Shown: in pieces, positions 18,011 to 28,994 of the stretch
How the letters are laid out: each line of letters opens with the position of its first letter
How positions within the stretch are numbered: position 1 is the first letter of the stretch
Assembly (NCBI GenBank): GCA_963805975.1
Contig: CAWDVR010000002.1
Location: 1 to 64,000 of the forward strand
DNA: 64,000 bases
Source: an uncultured Acidobacteriota bacterium
Lineage (GTDB): Bacteria > Acidobacteriota > Thermoanaerobaculia > Multivoradales > SZUA-115
Direction of reading: 5' to 3'
The notes under the pieces: generated by a model
The model's database searches: none
The model's input: the letters and a program-made list of their open reading frames with translations, nothing else
Told to the model about the DNA's origin: nothing
Translations under genes and position numbers: made by a program

Positions 18011-18787
18011 ATGACGACCGCGACTCTCCCCGCTCCATCGTCCTTTCTGAAGCTTCTGGCCCACGAACTTCGCTGGAAGCTCGTCGCCCATCTCGCCCGG
18101 AGTGACCGCCGAGTCCAAGAGCTGGTCGAGTGCGTCGACGAGCCGGCGAACCTGGTTTCCTACCACCTGCGCAGGCTGCGGGATCAGGCGCTCGTCCGCG
18201 AGCGCCGCAGTGCCGCGGACGGGCGAGATGTCTACTACAGCCTGGACCTGGATCGCCTCCGAGGTCTCTACTTTCGGACCGGCGAGACTCTGCATCCCGG
18301 CCTTGCCCCGAATCCGTCCGGGACGGCAGAGGCCTCGCGGGCAGGGGGAGAGCGGCCTACCCGGGTCCTCTTTCTTTGCACCCACAACAGCGCCCGGTCG
18401 CAGATGGCTGAAGCCATCCTCCGGCATCTCGCCGGGGATCGAGTGGAGGTAGCAAGCGCCGGCACGGTAGCTACCCGGATCCACCCACTCGCCGTCGCCG
18501 TGATGACCGAGGACGGTCTCGCCTTCCAGGGCCAGCGCTCGAAGCACGTGGACGAGCTCACGGGCCAACAGTTCGACTACGTGATCACGGTCTGCGACAA
18601 CGCCCGAGAGGCGTGTCCGGTCTTTCCTGGGGCGCCGGAGCACATCCACTGGAGCATCGCCGATCCTTCTGCCGTCGAAGGGAGCGAGGCAGTCAAGTTG
18701 CGGGCCTTCCGGAACGCGGCCGAGGAGCTCACGACGCGCATTCGGTATCTCGTCGTGGCCATCGACCGCCGGCGCGCAGGTTCATGA
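18011..18787 (+). CDS. ArsR-family HTH fused to LMW-PTP-type arsenate reductase (ArsR-ArsC)
   Basis: N-terminal [11 protein letters not shown]...VSYHLRRL; C-terminal [21 protein letters not shown]...ACP and HWSIADP. Confidence 0.9.
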   Translation: MTTATLPAPSSFLKLLAHELRWKLVAHLARSDRRVQELVECVDEPANLVSYHLRRLRDQALVRERRSAADGRDVYYSLDLDRLRGLYFRTGETLHPGLAPNPSGTAEASRAGGERPTRVLFLCTHNSARSQMAEAILRHLAGDRVEVASAGTVATRIHPLAVAVMTEDGLAFQGQRSKHVDELTGQQFDYVITVCDNAREACPVFPGAPEHIHWSIADPSAVEGSEAVKLRAFRNAAEELTTRIRYLVVAIDRRRAGS

Positions 18788-19455
18788 GCCTTGCGCTTCG
18801 CTGGCGGCGAGCCGCGGCCGAAACCATCGGGACATTCGCGCTGGTGACCGGAGGCTGCGGCGCGATTGTGGTGAACCACGCTACGGGTGTCTTGGGCCAC
18901 GGGGGAATTGCCGCAAGCTTTGGCTTGGTCATCTTGGTAATGGTCGCTTCGCTCGGACACATCTCTGGAGCGCATTTCAACCCGGCCGTCACTCTGGCAT
19001 TTGCCCTGACTCGACACTTCCCCTGGCGGGATGTGCCTCTCTACTGGGCAGGTCAGCTTACGGGCGCGGTCGCCGGAGCCTTGGTCCTTCGTCTGCTCTT
19101 TGGAGCTACGACAGGCCTAGGGAGCACGATTCCCTCCGGCACGAGTGCCCAAGCGCTCGGCGTCGAGATCCTGCTGACTTCCGTGCTCATGTTGGTCATT
19201 ACGGCCGTTGCCACGGACACCAAAGCGGCCGGCTTCATGGCAGCGCTCGCGATCGGAGGGACCGTCGCGCTAGATGCCCTTTGGGGTGGACCCGTGAGCG
19301 GAGCGTCGATGAACCCGGCGCGTTCCTTCGGGCCGGCGCTCGTTGGGGGGGTCTGGCGTGCACACTGGATCTACTGGCTCGGTCCGACACTCGGTGCAGT
19401 CCTTGGTGCGTCCGTCTACCAGCGCCTCCGATCGCAGCCAGCGAACGAAGACTGA
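18784..19455 (+). CDS. MIP/aquaporin-family channel, likely an arsenite conduit
   Basis: Two NPA boxes ([19 protein letters not shown]); start overlaps the ArsR-ArsC stop. Confidence 0.9.
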   Translation: MSLALRWRRAAAETIGTFALVTGGCGAIVVNHATGVLGHGGIAASFGLVILVMVASLGHISGAHFNPAVTLAFALTRHFPWRDVPLYWAGQLTGAVAGALVLRLLFGATTGLGSTIPSGTSAQALGVEILLTSVLMLVITAVATDTKAAGFMAALAIGGTVALDALWGGPVSGASMNPARSFGPALVGGVWRAHWIYWLGPTLGAVLGASVYQRLRSQPANED

Positions 19456-19945
19456 AATTCCGTAGCCGCCCAAGCAGAGATGGGCGCTTTTCCGTCTGCA
19501 ATTGGGTGTGGTGCAGATCTTTGGGGCCTCCCTGTCGCTGGTGCTGCTGCTCCTGACCGGTGGGACCGAGGGCTCGACCCGCTCGCCCAGCGGCGAGTCG
19601 CCATCTGCCAGGGCCACCCGGTGGCCCATCTCGCCGAGCGTGCCGAACCAACCGGATGACCCAAGCGAGCCCGGCCAGATCGAACGTGATGATGCTCTCG
19701 TTCTGGCCCAGCGCCGCTTACAGGAGCATGCCTAGCCAGTTCGTGTGGGGCGGCCCTCCGCCGGGGAGCGCTCCTCGTCAGGCGGGTGTGCCCATCGGAA
19801 GCACGAGCGTGCTCAGATCGCTCCGTTCCTCCCAGGGCACTCGCGGCTCGAACTGAACCACCACCCGTAGAAGTGCGCCGCGGCAGGAAGGCCCTGCGGG
19901 CGTGCTACTGTCTTTTTCGTTCACCAACCTCCGAGGAAACTCCCC

Positions 19946-21385
19946 ATGCGCCCCCTCCTGCGCCTCCTGGCCCTGCTGCTGGCTCTCGCGGTCCCGACGT
20001 TCGCCGTCCTCGCCACCTGCGGCGGCGGCGGCGGGGGTGGCGTGGGAGGCGTGGCTCCCGGAAGCGGCCTGGAGGCGCCCGCATACCGAGTGTCCTGGCA
20101 GGTGATCGCGCCCGGCGCCCCCCTTCCCAAGGAGCCGGAATCGTCTCTGATCGTCTACTGGTTCCCGGTCGGTCCGGAAGAGGCCAAGGCCTCGGACCTG
20201 CAGACCTCGCGCGCGCTGTCGCTCGCCGGCGCCCGCTGCGTGGCGCCCGCGCTGGTGACCCCGGACCACACGCTGCTGCACGACACGTTCAAGACCCCGG
20301 CCGGCGAGGAGCTGGTGGTGCTCGCGACGCCCGACGGCACGGAGCTCGGTCGCGTGGCCGCCAACGGCAAGAAACTCGACGTGCGCAGCGTCGAGCGCCT
20401 GCTGAACCTGGAGCTCGACAAGCGCGAGGGCGAGCTCGAGGCCCTGGTCAAGGGTGCCGAGAAGAAGGGCGCGGCCGATCGCGAAGGCGCGATCGAAGAT
20501 CTGAAGCGGGCGTGGGGACAGCGTTGCCTGTTCCCCGGCCTGGGTAAGAAGGCGGCCCGCGGCCTGAAGAAGTTGGGCGTCGCCATGGAGCAGGCGGACC
20601 TCGACCTGCTCGGCCCCGCCAACCTGCCGGACCCGGACGTCGCCGGCCGCCGGCGCAAAGTGGAGCGCACACTGCAGGACGGTCTCGAGGCCGAGACCGC
20701 CGGGCGCTATGCCGAGGCCGGGGCGCTCTACCTCAAGGCCACGAACCTCGACCCGGCGGACCCCACGGCGCTACGCTTCCTGGGCGAGCTCTACCGCCAT
20801 CAGACCGGCGAGTGGGACCAGTCCAAGGCCGTCTTCGAGCACCTGCTGGCGCAGCCCGCCGACCCCATCGCCCGCGCCGTGGCGCTCCACGGCCTGGGCA
20901 AGATGACGATCCACGCCAGCCGCTTCGACGAAGGGCTGGCGATGTTCCACCGCTCGCTCGAGGTCTATCCGCTGGCCATCACTTACCGCAACCTGGCGGT
21001 GTACTGGTTCTCCGAGAAGCAGGCCGAGAAGGCCGCCGGCTACATGCGCCAGGCGCTCGCCCTCGAGCCCGACGACCGCTACAACCGGATCTTCGCCGCC
21101 GTGTACCTGGCCGCCGCCGGCCAGCACGCGGAGGCGGCCGAGATCGCGCGCGCCAACGAGGAGGTGATGGAGGCCTCCTACAACCTGGCGGCCATCTGGG
21201 CCCAGGTCGGCGACCGCACGAAGGCCATGGAGCTGCTGCGCCGCCACTTCTACGACTACGAGCAGTTCGACGCCGTGCGCGCCATGGAGATGCAGGAGGC
21301 CCGCGACGACTACATGTTCGCCGGCCTCCACGCCGACCCGGAGTTCCAGGAGCTGACCCAGCTCGCCAGCCGGCACCGGATGTAG
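19946..21385 (+). CDS. Secreted TPR-containing protein
   Basis: Signal peptide followed by C-terminal TPR helices (ALRFLGELY, ALHGLGKM, YRNLAVY, YNLAAIW). Confidence 0.75.
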   Translation: MRPLLRLLALLLALAVPTFAVLATCGGGGGGGVGGVAPGSGLEAPAYRVSWQVIAPGAPLPKEPESSLIVYWFPVGPEEAKASDLQTSRALSLAGARCVAPALVTPDHTLLHDTFKTPAGEELVVLATPDGTELGRVAANGKKLDVRSVERLLNLELDKREGELEALVKGAEKKGAADREGAIEDLKRAWGQRCLFPGLGKKAARGLKKLGVAMEQADLDLLGPANLPDPDVAGRRRKVERTLQDGLEAETAGRYAEAGALYLKATNLDPADPTALRFLGELYRHQTGEWDQSKAVFEHLLAQPADPIARAVALHGLGKMTIHASRFDEGLAMFHRSLEVYPLAITYRNLAVYWFSEKQAEKAAGYMRQALALEPDDRYNRIFAAVYLAAAGQHAEAAEIARANEEVMEASYNLAAIWAQVGDRTKAMELLRRHFYDYEQFDAVRAMEMQEARDDYMFAGLHADPEFQELTQLASRHRM

Positions 21386-21388
21386 CGC

Positions 21389-21886
21389 ATGAACGGCCCC
21401 GTCGTCGCCACCGAGGTCCTGGGCGCCATGATCACGCCCGCGGTGCTGATCTCGGCCTCGGGAACGCTGGTGCTCTCGACCTCGAACCGGCTGACGCGGG
21501 TGGTGGACCGCGTGCGGGTGCTGGCGGACGAGGTCGAGGGGCTGTACGACGATACGCACGGGGGCGATGCCACCGTGCGCGACCGCAAACGGCGGCTGAT
21601 CCAGGACCAGCTCCCCCGCCTCTCACAGCGCGCGCTGCTGCTGCGCACGGCCCTCACCACGCTCTACATCGCGATCGGCCTGCTGGTCGCCACCTCGATC
21701 TCGATCGGCCTGGTCGCGCTCATCGAGTGGCGCTACGGCTGGCTGCCCGTCACCCTGGGCCTGGCGGGCTCCGGCGCTCTCCTGGTCGGGAGCCTGCTCC
21801 TGGTACGCGAGGCCCGCCTCGCCGTGGGCTCGACGCTCCAGGAGATGGAGTTCGTGCGCGAGGCCGTGGGAAGGCGCGGGCGCTGA
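21389..21886 (+). CDS. DUF2721-like membrane protein
   Basis: AMITPAVLISASGTLVLSTSNRLTRVVDRVR motif; 3 TM segments. Confidence 0.75.
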   Translation: MNGPVVATEVLGAMITPAVLISASGTLVLSTSNRLTRVVDRVRVLADEVEGLYDDTHGGDATVRDRKRRLIQDQLPRLSQRALLLRTALTTLYIAIGLLVATSISIGLVALIEWRYGWLPVTLGLAGSGALLVGSLLLVREARLAVGSTLQEMEFVREAVGRRGR

Positions 21887-21963
21887 CCCGAGGGCCGCGC
21901 GCGTGGGCGCCGGGATCCGGTGCCAGAATTCCTGTATACCCATCGTACTCAAGGAGGTCCCGG

Positions 21964-22740
21964 ATGCGCCTCGCCCGGCTCCGCTTCGTCATCGTCGCGC
22001 TCACGACCGTCGGGCTCGGGGCCTGTGCCTCCACGCCGCGCGGGGCTGCGCCCGCGGCTCCGAGCTCTTTGGCGGCCGCCGAGGAGCCCTGTGCCGCCGG
22101 CCAAGCCCAGTCGCCGATCGCCATCGATCCCCGGGATGCCCGGCCGAGCCAGCTCGAAGCGCCCGAGCTCCACTACCAGCCGGCGGGGGTGGTGCTGTGG
22201 AACAACGGCAAGACCGTGCAGGCCGACTACGCCGCCGGGGTGTCTCCGGGTGACGAGGCCGCCAACTACATCCTGCTCGACGGCGTGCGCTTCGACCTCC
22301 TGCAGTTCCACTTCCACCGGCCGGTGGAGCACCCGATCGCCGGTCTCGACCCCAAACCAGTGCTGGAGCTGCACCTGGTGCACTCCGACTCGCACGGCAA
22401 CCTGGCCGTGGTGGCGGTGCCGGTGGTGATCGGCGACGGCAACACCGGCACGCTGGACGCGCTGATGGCGGCCATCCCGCGCGAGAAGGGCTGGCGGTCC
22501 CTGCTGCCGGCGCGCTTCGATGCCCAGGCGCTGGCGCCGCCCCGCACGGCAACCGCCTTTCGCTACCCCGGCTCGCTGACCACACCACCGTTCGCGGAGT
22601 GCGTGCGCTGGGTCGTCTACACCGACGCCCTGCGCATCTCCCGAAGGAGCTTCGAGACCTACAAAGACCGGTTCGGCAGCCCCCACTCGCGCTCGCCGCA
22701 GCGACTGAACGGCAGGGTCCCATTGCGCACCAAGCCGTGA
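21964..22740 (+). CDS. Alpha-class carbonic anhydrase, lipoprotein
   Basis: QSPI, QFHFH, EH, ELHLVH and YPGSLTTPP motifs; lipobox LGAC. Confidence 0.9.
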   Translation: MRLARLRFVIVALTTVGLGACASTPRGAAPAAPSSLAAAEEPCAAGQAQSPIAIDPRDARPSQLEAPELHYQPAGVVLWNNGKTVQADYAAGVSPGDEAANYILLDGVRFDLLQFHFHRPVEHPIAGLDPKPVLELHLVHSDSHGNLAVVAVPVVIGDGNTGTLDALMAAIPREKGWRSLLPARFDAQALAPPRTATAFRYPGSLTTPPFAECVRWVVYTDALRISRRSFETYKDRFGSPHSRSPQRLNGRVPLRTKP

Positions 22741-22812
22741 GAGGGCCGGCGCCAACCACGACGCGCTGCCGGTTCATCTCCAGGTCATCTGCGCGGCGGT
22801 AGTCTCGCGGCC

Positions 22813-24417
22813 GTGGACACCGATCTCTCCCCGGCCACGGCCGAACCCACGGCCCGGCTGCGTCTGGCGGCCCTGATCGCAATCTTCCTGGCGCACGCGG
22901 GCTGGCTCGCCTGCGTGGCGGAGGACGCCTTCATCAGCTTCCGCTTCTCGCGGCACCTCGCGGCCGGCCACGGCCTGGTGTGGAACGTGGGCGAGCCGCC
23001 GGTCGAGGGCTTCACCAACCTGCTCTGGGTGCTGCTGGGAGGCCTGACAGAGCTCGCGGGGCTCGACACGGAGCGGGCGCTCCAGCTTGCCGGGATCGCC
23101 GCCGGTGCTGCGACGCTGTGGCTCGCCGACCGCTTCGCTTCCCGTGTCCTCGGTCTCGAAGGATGGCCGCGGGCGCTCCCGGTGCTACTCCTCGCGGTCT
23201 CCGGCCCGCTCGCGACCTGGGCGGCGAGCGGGCTCGAGACCGCGCTCTTCGCGTTCTTCGCTCTGTGGGCTTTCTATGCCCTGTCGCTGTGGTCGCAGCA
23301 AGGGGGAACCGGGATGCTCGCCGCGGGCTGGACGGCCGTGGGGCTGGCGGCGCTGACGCGGCCCGAGGGCATGCTGCTCGCGGTGGCCGCCGCCTGGCTG
23401 ACGCTCGTGCGCCGCGACCGCCGCGCCGCGGGCTGGGCGGCGCTGGCGGCCTTCGGCACCTTCCTGGCGGCGCTCACCGCCTTCCGTCTCGCATACTTCG
23501 GCGCGCCGCTGCCCAACACCTTCTACGCCAAGACCGGCGGCGGCCTCGCCCAGGCGCTGCGCGGCGCCACCTACGGCGGCTTCTTCGCCTTCCACTTCCT
23601 GCTGCCCCTGGTGCCGCTGGCTCTGCTGGGCCTCGCCTCGCGCTCGCCCGGCTCCGGGCGCTGGCCCGCCCCGGTGAAGGCTCTCGCCGCGTGGGCCGTG
23701 GCCTACGCCCTCTACATCGTCGCGGTCGGCGGCGACTATATGGCCATGGACCGCTTCTTCGTGCCCATCCTGCCGGCGCTCTACCTGCTCACCGCGTTCG
23801 TCGGCGGATCGCTCTTCACGGGCGCCGCAGGCAACCCGGTGCTACGCCGGGCGGCGCTGGGTCTCGCGGCGGTCGCGGCTCTCGGCACGCTCCTCCACTC
23901 GACACCGCTCGAGGCCGAGCTCTACGCGAAGCCGCCGCGCCAGCACGGCACCTGGCGCGGGGTCGAGACCGAGCGCTGGCACGTGGCCCGCCTCGAGGTC
24001 CTCGCCCGCTTCTTCGCCGACCGCGCCGCCGGGCGCCCCGGCGCCAGTGTCGCGACCGGCGCCATCGGAGTGCTCGGCTACCGCACCTCGCTCGCCATCC
24101 ACGACTTCCACGGCCTGGTGGACCCCGAGATCGCCCACCTGGAAGTCGAGAGCGGGGCCGACGGCCAGCCGCTCGGCAGCGGGCTCCCGGGCCACGAGAA
24201 AGGCGACCCGTTGCGCGTGCTCGCCAAGCAGCCGACCTTCTGGATGACGAGCCGCAGCCTGCGCGACGAGCCCGCGGGATGGCCGCGGTACGACGCGGAG
24301 ATCGACGAGCGGCTGCGCAGCGAGTATCGGAAGGTGGAGGTCTGGCTCGAGGACGAAGTGAACGGCGAAGCGGGCTACCTCACCTTCCTGGAGCGAAAAG
24401 CCTCCACCCCGCCCTGA
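22813..24417 (+). CDS. Polytopic membrane protein, GT-C-like glycosyltransferase
   Basis: EDAFISFRFSRHLAAGHGLVWN, VEGFTN, SGLET, TRPEG, PNTFYAK and GGD motifs. Confidence 0.75.
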   Translation: MDTDLSPATAEPTARLRLAALIAIFLAHAGWLACVAEDAFISFRFSRHLAAGHGLVWNVGEPPVEGFTNLLWVLLGGLTELAGLDTERALQLAGIAAGAATLWLADRFASRVLGLEGWPRALPVLLLAVSGPLATWAASGLETALFAFFALWAFYALSLWSQQGGTGMLAAGWTAVGLAALTRPEGMLLAVAAAWLTLVRRDRRAAGWAALAAFGTFLAALTAFRLAYFGAPLPNTFYAKTGGGLAQALRGATYGGFFAFHFLLPLVPLALLGLASRSPGSGRWPAPVKALAAWAVAYALYIVAVGGDYMAMDRFFVPILPALYLLTAFVGGSLFTGAAGNPVLRRAALGLAAVAALGTLLHSTPLEAELYAKPPRQHGTWRGVETERWHVARLEVLARFFADRAAGRPGASVATGAIGVLGYRTSLAIHDFHGLVDPEIAHLEVESGADGQPLGSGLPGHEKGDPLRVLAKQPTFWMTSRSLRDEPAGWPRYDAEIDERLRSEYRKVEVWLEDEVNGEAGYLTFLERKASTPP

Positions 24418-24430
24418 TCCAGCCGGCCTC

Positions 24431-26092
24431 CTACTCGCTCGCCCGGTCCTTCCGCAAGTACACGTCGTAGTAAGGCCGGCCGTTCCTCCCGGGGACCCTC
24501 ACCGCCCGCCGGTAGCCGGTGTCGAGAAAAGCCTCGAGGCGCGGGAAGCTCGCGATCGGATACTTGCGGTAGAAGCGGTGGTTGCCGGGCACGGTGTCGA
24601 TCACCGCGGCCGGGCGGCTCGCCTCGAGCTCCCGCAGGAGCACATCCCAGGAGCCGGGCACGATGTGGGCCGAGGTGTCCACCCCAGGCTGGTGGTTCTC
24701 CCAGGGCAGCATGCCGGTCAGGTAATTGGTGTTGCTGTAGCGGCTGGACGGCCGCCTCTGGGCTAGGAAGTAGACCTCCGGGTCGTAGCCCCAGACGAAG
24801 ATCTTGTCCTCGGGGCCGGTCGAGCTCTGGAGGGCTCCCACCAGGGAGTCGTAAGTCGGTCTCGGCCGCGCCGGCCGCAGGCGCTCGAAGAGCCAGAAGT
24901 CCCGGTGGCAGCGGTAGAGCGTGAAGGCCATGGCACCGCCCGCAGCCAGCGCCAAAGCACCGCGGGCCAAGCGGAGCGCCGTGAGGCCCCGTTCTGCCGC
25001 GAGCAGCCTCGCGCCGTGCCAGAGGTCCAGCAGGGTCCGCGCCGTGAGCAGACAGGCCGGCGAGATGATCTGGATGAAGTAGTGGCCGAAGTTCCGCCCG
25101 CTGTAGGAGGCGCCGAAGTAGGCGGCAAGGAACCACAGCACGAGGAGCAGCCGGGCATCGTCGAGCCGCTCGCGCTGCCGGCCCCGCCGTAGGAAGCGCC
25201 AGCCCGCGTAGGCCACGCCTGCCACCGCGCCGGCAAGGAGCAGCGGGTTCGTGCGCAGGTAGTGGCGCTCGTGGCGCCACGGATCGAGGGCGGCCAGCCG
25301 GTCCGCCACGGGCACGACGGCCGTGTAGTGCTCGACGTTGTAGCTCCAGAAATAGAGATAGAAATCGCCGAGCGCGCCGTGGAACGCGAAGTAGGCGACG
25401 CAGGCGCCGACCGCCACCGCAAAGCCCCCGGCCAGCGCCGTGGCCCGCACCAGCGTGTCGCGGCTCGCGAGCCGGCGGTCGAGGAGCGCCACCAGCAGCA
25501 CGAAACCGCCCGCCGCGGCGCCGTCGAAGAGCGCCGGCTGCTTGGAGAGAAAGCTCGCGCCGAAGGCCAGGCCGGCGAGGAAGAGAGCCCGCCTCGGCCG
25601 CTCCCCGCCCGGCCGCGTGGCCTGCCAGGTGAGGTAGAAGCCGAGGGTCGAGAGGACGAGCGTCGGCCATTCGGTGTGAAAGGCGAAGAGCTGGCTGCTC
25701 CGGTAGGTGGACGAGGACACCACCACCAGCAAGGCTGCCAGCAGGCCCCAGGCGCGCCCCTCCGCGTCCTCGCCCAGCCGCCGCGCGAAGCGGTCGGCGA
25801 GCAGGGCGCCGCCGAAGATCAGCAGCAGGAGAAAGCCGTGCACCGCCGCCATGTTGCCCTTCCCGGCGATCGCGAAGACGAAGGCGTAGAGCAGGTAGGT
25901 CACCGGGCCGCGCTGGTCGATGGCGTCGCGGTAGGGCACGCCGCCTTCGAGCCACGCGTTCGCAATGAGCGCCGACACCGCCTCGTCCACGTCGCGGATC
26001 GGCCGGTCGGCGAGCGGCCAGCGGAGCAGGCAGAGGACGGCGAAGAGCCCGGCGAGGAGGATCAGGCGGGCGAAGGCAGGAGGGACTCTCAT
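24431..26092 (-). CDS. GT-C fold membrane glycosyltransferase (ArnT/PMT-like)
   Basis: DVDE, PYRDAIDQRGP, HTE, KQP and FGHYF motifs; many TM helices. Confidence 0.75.
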   Translation of the reverse strand: MRVPPAFARLILLAGLFAVLCLLRWPLADRPIRDVDEAVSALIANAWLEGGVPYRDAIDQRGPVTYLLYAFVFAIAGKGNMAAVHGFLLLLIFGGALLADRFARRLGEDAEGRAWGLLAALLVVVSSSTYRSSQLFAFHTEWPTLVLSTLGFYLTWQATRPGGERPRRALFLAGLAFGASFLSKQPALFDGAAAGGFVLLVALLDRRLASRDTLVRATALAGGFAVAVGACVAYFAFHGALGDFYLYFWSYNVEHYTAVVPVADRLAALDPWRHERHYLRTNPLLLAGAVAGVAYAGWRFLRRGRQRERLDDARLLLVLWFLAAYFGASYSGRNFGHYFIQIISPACLLTARTLLDLWHGARLLAAERGLTALRLARGALALAAGGAMAFTLYRCHRDFWLFERLRPARPRPTYDSLVGALQSSTGPEDKIFVWGYDPEVYFLAQRRPSSRYSNTNYLTGMLPWENHQPGVDTSAHIVPGSWDVLLRELEASRPAAVIDTVPGNHRFYRKYPIASFPRLEAFLDTGYRRAVRVPGRNGRPYYDVYLRKDRASE

Positions 26093-26298
26093 CGCGGCAC
26101 CGGGTCTCTCCAATCTACCCCGCGCGGTATGAACGGGCCATGACCGGCCGGTCCGGCCTGTCTCCCTCCGGCCCCTCGTGAACACAGTTGCTTCTCAAGT
26201 ACGACTCTGCACTCGGCCGCCGGGAGATCCCCGAAGCCCTTGCGTGACCTGCCTCGCGGCATTCCAGCCGCGAGATACCCTGTTTGGAGGAGAGATCC

Positions 26299-28896
26299 AT
26301 GAAATTCGAGGAAGCCGCCTGCCTTATGCGGGCCGTCCTGGCCGCAGGTGCGCTCGTGGCCGCAGGGCTCACCGCCCCGGTCTCGGCGCAAGAGGTCGAC
26401 AACGTCCGCGGGGTCGATTCTCGCGTGGACTACGGCTCGATGGTCGAGCTCGGCCCCTGGGACGATCGCAACCTGCTCTTGACCAAGGAAGGCCTGGCGC
26501 TCCTGGCCGCCAACGAGCGTGAGCTCAAGGATCCCATTCCGGTGTTCTTCCGCGTCGAGCTGCGCAAGACCATCCCCGGCATGCTGCGCGAGGGCAACGC
26601 CCAGTACCCGAGGAGCGCGCTCCAGATCTTCAAGCTGCGCTACCGCGGCTACCTGTTCGAAGGCCGCATCTATCCCGAGGCGGTGATGCGCGACGGCCGC
26701 TTCCACTTGGTGCGCAAGAACAGCATGACCCCGGAGGAGGCCGAGGACAAAGCGCTGACCGGCGACGTGAAGCTGACCACTCCCACCGGCGCCGCCGAGT
26801 CGGCGATCAAGATCAGCCCGGTGGACCTCAACAAGGTGATCGCGGGCTCGAACGGCCCCGGCTCCGGCCAGAAGATGTGGTACTCGAGCAACGGCGGCTC
26901 GACGTGGAGCGCGGCCGCTGCCCTGCCGCTGGGCTCCACCTGCTGCGACCCCACCGTCGACTGGTCCGCGGATGGCACCAAGGCCTACACCTCCACCCTG
27001 GGCGGCTGCGGCGCGCTCTGCAACATCTGGGTCTACCGCTCGGGCGACGCCGGCCAGACCTGGAGCGACCTCGGCGCCGACCCACGTCGCGAGCTGACCA
27101 GCGCCAACACCAGTGACAAGCAGTACATCCATGTCGACCGCTACGCCACCTCGCCGCACCGCGACAACGTCTACGTCTGCTGGCACGACAACAACACCCT
27201 CAAGTTCTCCCGTTCGACGGACTTCGCGCAGACCTTCGGAGCCAACCTCAGCATGTCCTCGGGCTCGAGCCAGTCGGGCATCGGCTGCGATCTGGCGAGC
27301 GACCAGGGCGGCAACGTGTACTACTTCTGGCCGGCGACCAACGGCAAGACCATCCTGATGCGCAAGTCGACCGACGGCGGCGCGACCTTCGCATCGGCGG
27401 TGACCGTGGCCAACACGCAGGACGGCTACGATTTCGCCATCCCGGCCATGGAGACGCGCCGGGCCTTCATCTACTCCTCGGCGGATGCCGACATCTCGGG
27501 CGGCGCCTTCGCGAGCTCGATCTACGTCGCCTGGACGGACACCACGGCAGCCGAGTCCGGCACCCCGGCCAACAACCATGGCCGCATCCAGGTGGCCTAC
27601 TCGCGCAACGGCGGCGCCACCTGGACGGTGCGCACGCCGCACTCGACAGCGGACGCCGCGACCGTGGACCGCTTCCACCCCTGGCTGGGCGTGGGTCCGG
27701 ACGGCAAGGTCTACGTGATTTTCTACGACACCCGTAACAGCCCGACCCGGGTGGGCGTGGACATCTACTACTCCGTGTCCTCCGACGGCGGCGACACCTG
27801 GGCCGCCCCGGCCCGCATGACCGGCGTGACCTCGCCGCAGATCGACGACAGCTTCGAGTGGGGCGACTACAACGGCATGGACATCATGGGCACGCAGCTG
27901 ATCTCGATCTTCACCGACAACCGCAACGAGGGTGGCGGCACGGCCGACTCGATCGACGTCTACGCCGCCGGCGTGACGGTGGGGGGCCCCTGCACGCCAC
28001 CGGCCACTCCCACCGGCCTCACCGCGACCGCCGTCTCCTCGAGCCAGATCAACCTGTCGTGGACCGCCTCGGCGGGCGCTACCTCCTACAACGTCTACCG
28101 CTCCACCACCTCCGGTGGCCCGTACTCGAGCGTCGGCTCCTCGGCCACCACCACCTTCAACAACACCGGCCTGGCGGCTTCGACCACCTATTACTACGTG
28201 GTGCGCGCGGTCGGCGGCTGCGAGTCCGGCAACTCCGGCCAGGCTTCGGCCACCACGCTGGCACCGCCGCTCTGCACCACGACGACGCTCTACAACCGCA
28301 ATTTCGACGCCGCCACCGGCCTCGATGGCTTCACCGTCGGCACCTTCGTGAGCGGAGGCTCCACCGTTTCCTGGCGCGGCGTCCAGACCTGCACCGCGGC
28401 CTCGGGCACGCGTATCTTCCGCTACGGCGGCACGAGCTGCACCACCGACTATGGCAGCAACCAGTACAACTACGCCCAGGCGAACGGCGCCGGCGGCATC
28501 ACCATCCCGGCGGGCTCGACCACCTCCCGCCTGACCTTCAAGCACCGCCGGCGCTACGAGAGCGGCTACGACGGCGGCACGCTCCGCATCTCGACCAACG
28601 GCAGCAGCTACACCTCGGTGCCGGCCTCGGCGATCCTCGCCGGCGGCTACAACGGCACGGCCTCCACCTCCTGCGCTCCGGCGGGCGCCGGGGGCACCTC
28701 GATCTGGACCGGCGTTTCGGCCGCCTTCACCACCACCACGGTGGACCTGGACGCGGCCTGCAACGCCATCCCCGGCAACGTCGGCGGCTGCGCCGGCAAG
28801 GCGGTCCGCATCGCCTTCACCTCGATCACCGACTGCACGGTGCTCGACGACGGCTGGTTCCTGGACGACATCGCCGTCCAGGCCTGCGTGCCGTAA
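26299..28896 (+). CDS. Secreted BNR/sialidase-like propeller + fibronectin type III + beta-sandwich protein
   Basis: Signal peptide; Asp-box repeats (SSNGGSTW, STDGGATF, SSDGGDTW); FN3 PTGLTATAVSSSQINLSW...YYYVV; C-terminal DGWFLDDI. Confidence 0.85.
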   Translation: MKFEEAACLMRAVLAAGALVAAGLTAPVSAQEVDNVRGVDSRVDYGSMVELGPWDDRNLLLTKEGLALLAANERELKDPIPVFFRVELRKTIPGMLREGNAQYPRSALQIFKLRYRGYLFEGRIYPEAVMRDGRFHLVRKNSMTPEEAEDKALTGDVKLTTPTGAAESAIKISPVDLNKVIAGSNGPGSGQKMWYSSNGGSTWSAAAALPLGSTCCDPTVDWSADGTKAYTSTLGGCGALCNIWVYRSGDAGQTWSDLGADPRRELTSANTSDKQYIHVDRYATSPHRDNVYVCWHDNNTLKFSRSTDFAQTFGANLSMSSGSSQSGIGCDLASDQGGNVYYFWPATNGKTILMRKSTDGGATFASAVTVANTQDGYDFAIPAMETRRAFIYSSADADISGGAFASSIYVAWTDTTAAESGTPANNHGRIQVAYSRNGGATWTVRTPHSTADAATVDRFHPWLGVGPDGKVYVIFYDTRNSPTRVGVDIYYSVSSDGGDTWAAPARMTGVTSPQIDDSFEWGDYNGMDIMGTQLISIFTDNRNEGGGTADSIDVYAAGVTVGGPCTPPATPTGLTATAVSSSQINLSWTASAGATSYNVYRSTTSGGPYSSVGSSATTTFNNTGLAASTTYYYVVRAVGGCESGNSGQASATTLAPPLCTTTTLYNRNFDAATGLDGFTVGTFVSGGSTVSWRGVQTCTAASGTRIFRYGGTSCTTDYGSNQYNYAQANGAGGITIPAGSTTSRLTFKHRRRYESGYDGGTLRISTNGSSYTSVPASAILAGGYNGTASTSCAPAGAGGTSIWTGVSAAFTTTTVDLDAACNAIPGNVGGCAGKAVRIAFTSITDCTVLDDGWFLDDIAVQACVP

Positions 28897-28994
28897 GGCC
28901 CTTCCTCGCCTCGCGCCCCCCTCTCACTCTCGGGAGGGGGGCCGTTTCTCCCGGCTCCGCGCAGTAGGATCTCCCCACGGGAGGAAGCTCACCG

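Noticed and set aside
19460-19900. Possible decayed gene downstream of the aquaporin
   Set aside because: Protein-like fragments on the minus strand are interrupted by stops and no family is recognisable.
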